From Octopus sinensis (taxonomy: Eukaryota): a stretch of 64,000 nt of DNA. The notes under the pieces were generated by a model. That model worked only from the letters and a program-made list of their open reading frames with translations. It ran no database searches and was not told the origin of the DNA. Positions 60,100 through 64,000 of the stretch are shown one piece after another. The position numbers were made by a program, and so were the translations under genes. Every line of letters begins with the position of its first letter. Within the stretch, counting starts at the first letter, position 1. The stretch covers positions 75,330,001 to 75,394,000 of the forward strand of contig NC_043000.1 in assembly GCF_006345805.1 (NCBI RefSeq). Reading direction: 5' to 3'.

Positions 60100-61180
60100 A
60101 TAAAAGTGTTCAGCTACTTCTTGAAAGTTAGTTTGGGAACTGTTGATCAAAAGGACTAGAGTTGAACTATTGACTGGAAAAAATTAAAAAAGCTAAACTG
60201 TTAACAGTTGATTGAAAAAGAATTAGACTGTAAAATGTTGATTGAGAATGAATTAGATTGAAATGTTGGGTAAAAGGGATTTAAACTGTGGAAGAGAGTA
60301 TGACTTTGAACTGTTAGTTAAAAAAGATTTAAATTATGAACTGTTGGTTGAAAAGGAATTAGTCTGTGAACTATTGGATGAAAGTGAGTTAGGCTGTGAA
60401 CTTTTGGTTCAGTTTGTGCTACACAATGAACTGTTAGTTGAAAGAGCTTTTAGGTTGCAACTTGTTGGTTGAAAGTGAGTGTCATTGTGAACTGTTTATT
60501 CACAGAAAGACTCTAAACAGTTCATTATAAACTGTTAGTTGAAACTGAGTTAGGCTGTGAAGTATTGGATGAGAGGGAATTAGAATGTGAACTGTTGGTT
60601 GAAAGAGTGAGAACATTGGATAAAAGTTCATGTTCTCTGAACCATTGGTGTATTGGTGGAAAGAAAGTTTGACTGTAAAGTGTTAGTTGAAAGAGAATAA
60701 GACTGTAAACTGTTGCATGAAAGGAGGTTAGACAGTGAACTGTAGCATGAAAAGGAATTAGTCTGTGGACTATTGGTTAAAAAGGAATTACATTGAACAG
60801 TTGGGTGGAAGGGAGTTAGACTGTGAACTATTGATTAAAAGTAATTTACATTGGGAACTATTTGTCAAATGAGTTAATAAACTGTTAGTTAAAAAACAAA
60901 TTTTACTGTGAAGTGCTGGTTGAAAAAGAATTAGACTGTAAACTTTTGGCTGAATTTGAGTTAGACAATGAACTGTTGGCTGAAAGAGCATTAGAGTGTG
61001 ACACTTAGACTGAAATATTGGTTGAATACAAGTGTAATTGTGAACTGTTAAAAGGAAAGATAGACTCTGAACTGCTCATTGTAAGGTAGTTATACTGAAC
61101 TGTTGGATGGAAAGTAACTGGTCTGTGGATTATCGAACGAAAGATAGACTTTGAACTGTTGATTGTGAGTTTGATTGTAA
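60100..61180. repeat. Degenerate ~30-bp minisatellite (GAACTGTTGGTTGAAAAGGAATTAGACTGT); similar units at 63820-64000
   Basis: Recurring gaactgtt(g/a)gttgaaa with ~30-bp period. Confidence 0.8.
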
Positions 61181-61188
61181 ATTATTAA

Positions 61189-62268
61189 CCCTTTCGTTAC
61201 TATATTTCTGATCAAAATACACCCCTTATGTGTTTCAATTAATTTCTAACGTAATCATAAATTTAGTCTGGTTTCATTAAACAACTATAACTTTTTTATT
61301 TATCAATATATTAATCTGATTTTTGGAAGATAATTTAATGAAATATTCTCAACCAATTCTATACTATAATTTTTGTCACAAAGTGACTCTAATTGCAGGT
61401 AGATACAGGTAAATTCAACAAAATATAAAATTATTAAAATTTTGTTCAAACATCGCTATGGGTTATTAGCTAATATTCAATTGGGTATACAACAAAATTT
61501 TACGATAGAATTTGTTATTCTGGGTAACTTTCTGATACCCATAATAATATTTATGGCAAAATAGTCTTAATTTCATTTAAGGTTGTGGGGAAACCACAAA
61601 CTATCGTTTCTTTCGCTTTGTTTATGTTTAGCGTAACGGTTCGTTTCCGCCGTAATGATTTCAAATAGGCTCATTTGAAAAAGTAAAAAGAAATAGTCTA
61701 AGGCTTTACTCTCCTGGGAAAGTCTGTGGCTTGGTCCAGTTTCTTCAGAAAAATCACCGAAAGAAACAGTTTTTAAATTTTCACTCCATTCAGGTGCCAA
61801 TTCATTTTCTTTATCGCTGTCGGAGATCTCAGATTCACTGTTTTCACTTTCGGAAAATGAAACATCAGATTTATTATCAAATACCACGTGCTTTTTTTTT
61901 TCAGTCATAGAGTTAGATTTATGAAGGTCTTCAGTAGAAAATCCTTCGAATTCTGACTCGCTGCTTGATATAATGAAATTCGTATCCATTTTTTGTCAGA
62001 ATTACAAATTTTGAAAACACAATAGGAACAAATTTCGGAAAAAAATCTCCCAAAATTCACGGAATTAAAATTACACTTCGATTATTGTACAAAACTGTAG
62101 TTGAACTGTTTACGAAGTATAATACGTGTTTTCACGAATGTACTAAAGAGATTTGCTCTGATATTCTCATTTAAATATGAATAGGTAAATTCGGGCGGCT
62201 TGGGGCGGTTTGGTCACATTAACCAAAATTTTTTTCGGGCGGCTTTGGGCGGTTTGGTAACGAAAGGG
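61189..62268 (-). mobile_element. Internally deleted piggyBac (1080 bp)
   Basis: TTAA TSDs (61185-61188, 62269-62272), TIR CCCTTTCGTTAC, transposase N-terminus 61573-61989 (acidic leader, DYFFLLF..ETNRYA). Confidence 0.92.
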
Positions 62269-62869
62269 TTAATGAATGTTTAATGCATTAGTTACCATAG
62301 TTAAATACATTACCTTCTGTTTCACTCAATCTTGAAAATGAAGAATTTAGTAGAATAACTTTGTCATTATTAAGCTGGTGTTTGGAACAATTAATATGAA
62401 ATTTGGATCTTTACCCTTTGAACGGCAGATCGAGAAATTGATTTTTTGTAATTAGAAATACCTGGTATGGTGCCCAGGTGTGCAGAAAGCCTACCAGTGT
62501 GGATCAGACCCTTTAGTGTTGACTCTCACAACTGATCTAGGAGACGAAACACTCTTACAAGAAAATCCTGCGATCGTTTTATCATCTGATGTGTGGCACA
62601 CCGTGCACCTGTACAGACCATGTTAATTCGATGGAAAGAGTGTGCTTTGTTCAGCACAAGCAATGACCACTTTAAACAAGTCTAAGTGCCGGTTGTTAAG
62701 TAAACCATTTTCACTCAATAACACCTGAGGTTTGGCGCATCGATGTGTGCTTTTTTTTTTTTTTTAAGGTACACATGCGGTGTCACAAGGCTTAGGAATT
62801 GTTGAAGGTTATTTACTGAACCCTCATTCATCGTCTTCGATGAGAGAATCCACCATACATATATACAAC

Positions 62870-63018
62870 GGGCTTTTTTCAGTTTCCATCTACCAAATCC
62901 ACTCACAAGGCTTTGGTCAGCCTGAGGCTATAGTAGAAGACGCTTGCCCAAGGTGCCATGCAGTGGGACTGAACCCAGAACCATGTGGTTCATAAGCAAG
63001 CTACTCACCACACAGCCT
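62870..63018 (-). mobile_element. 5' half of tRNA SINE
   Basis: Same head as 14131-14496. Confidence 0.8.
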
Positions 63019-63022
63019 TCAT

Positions 63023-63577
63023 AGTTATTTCATGTTAAAGTTGTCGTATTTTGGTAATTTCAACCAATCAATGACGTGTATTCAGCTGAATAAAATTAGC
63101 GATGTTGTTTGTCAACAACTTCCGGCAGTGTATATTTCGTTTGTCACTGTTATTTATGACATATTTCATCTCAGTTATATTTGTATGAATAAACAAGTGT
63201 ATCTGAAGCATGTTTACTTCATGGCACCACGACAATCGTTTGTGCATTTCTACAGTTTTTAGGGTTTTTTCCTGTTTTTCAGCTACTAGTTTCAGAAAGA
63301 CTTTTTTGCCTCCCACCAACTCCAATTTCTTCACTTTTCACTTTTTTCCATAACTCTAACCCTAAAATCCCAACCCTAACACTAACCCTAAAACCCTAAC
63401 CCTAACTCTAAAACCCTAAAGCTAAAACCAGTACAAACACACGAACGATGTCGTAAATAACAGTGACAAACAAAATATACACCGCCAACAAACAACGGCA
63501 GTAATTTTATTCAGCTAAATGCACGTCATTGATTGGTTGGAATTACCGAAATACGACTACTTTAATACGAAATAACT
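63023..63577. mobile_element. MITE-like element with ~140-bp TIRs and internal (AACCCT)n-like repeats
   Basis: 63023-63165 vs 63445-63577 are reverse complements; telomere-like repeats at 63355-63425. Confidence 0.7.
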
Positions 63578-64000
63578 TTGAAAATATAAACTTTTCTCAA
63601 CAACACTAAGAGTAAAAGATGTTTTATATGACACATTCTACCAGTATACGAAGTTTGAAAGTGTTTAGTTACAAAAAATTAATTTCTCGATCTGCCGTTC
63701 AAAAGGAAAAGATCCTGAAATTTTAACGGATGGTTTTAATCTAGATCTCTTTAAAACAGGAAATTTGTATCATACAACTCTCAGGCAGGTTGGTATCAAA
63801 AAGGCTAATTGAAAGATAGTTGGATTGTAAATTGTTGGTTGAAATTTGGTTTGATTGTGCATTATTAATTAAAGGGAATTGGACAGTGAAATAGAGTTGT
63901 ATTGTGTTTGTAGTTTGAAAGAATGTTAGACTGAACTTTTCATTAATGGTTGAAACAGAATAACTGTTTGGTCTGTTGGTTCCAAATGAGTTAGACTGTG

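Noticed and set aside
63355-63425. Telomere or interstitial fusion site
   Set aside because: Short, degenerate and enclosed by the TIRs of a mobile element.

Overview
AT-rich, microsatellite-dense eukaryotic DNA that is almost entirely transposon-derived. The repeat families look like those of an octopus/cephalopod genome (inference, not verified). Recognisable elements: five copies of one RTE LINE family, CR1, BovB-like RTE and Tx1/L1-like fragments, a full-length but broken Gypsy element with 249-bp LTRs (45905-51388), an older Gypsy remnant, and Helitron, mariner and piggyBac pieces. There are also tRNA SINEs and four Penelope-like (PLE) GIY-YIG endonuclease regions. A few small plus-strand exons appear to encode an unidentified coiled-coil protein, including a possible 9-nt microexon and a ~38-kb intron. 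The main unexpected signal is about 15 minimal type-I hammerhead ribozyme (HHR) motifs with palindromic helix III, spread over at least 8 different small repeat families. These include (i) a tRNA-headed Pol III SINE carrying an HHR and inserted with Penelope-style inverted 3' ends, (ii) an RT-less GIY-YIG plus HHR element present as two diverged open-frame copies, (iii) a 557-bp retrozyme-like 1.25-mer, and (iv) variant catalytic cores (U3-A8; CUGUNGA). All motifs with canonical cores lie antisense to the putative host gene. All structures were read by eye, with no folding or database search.
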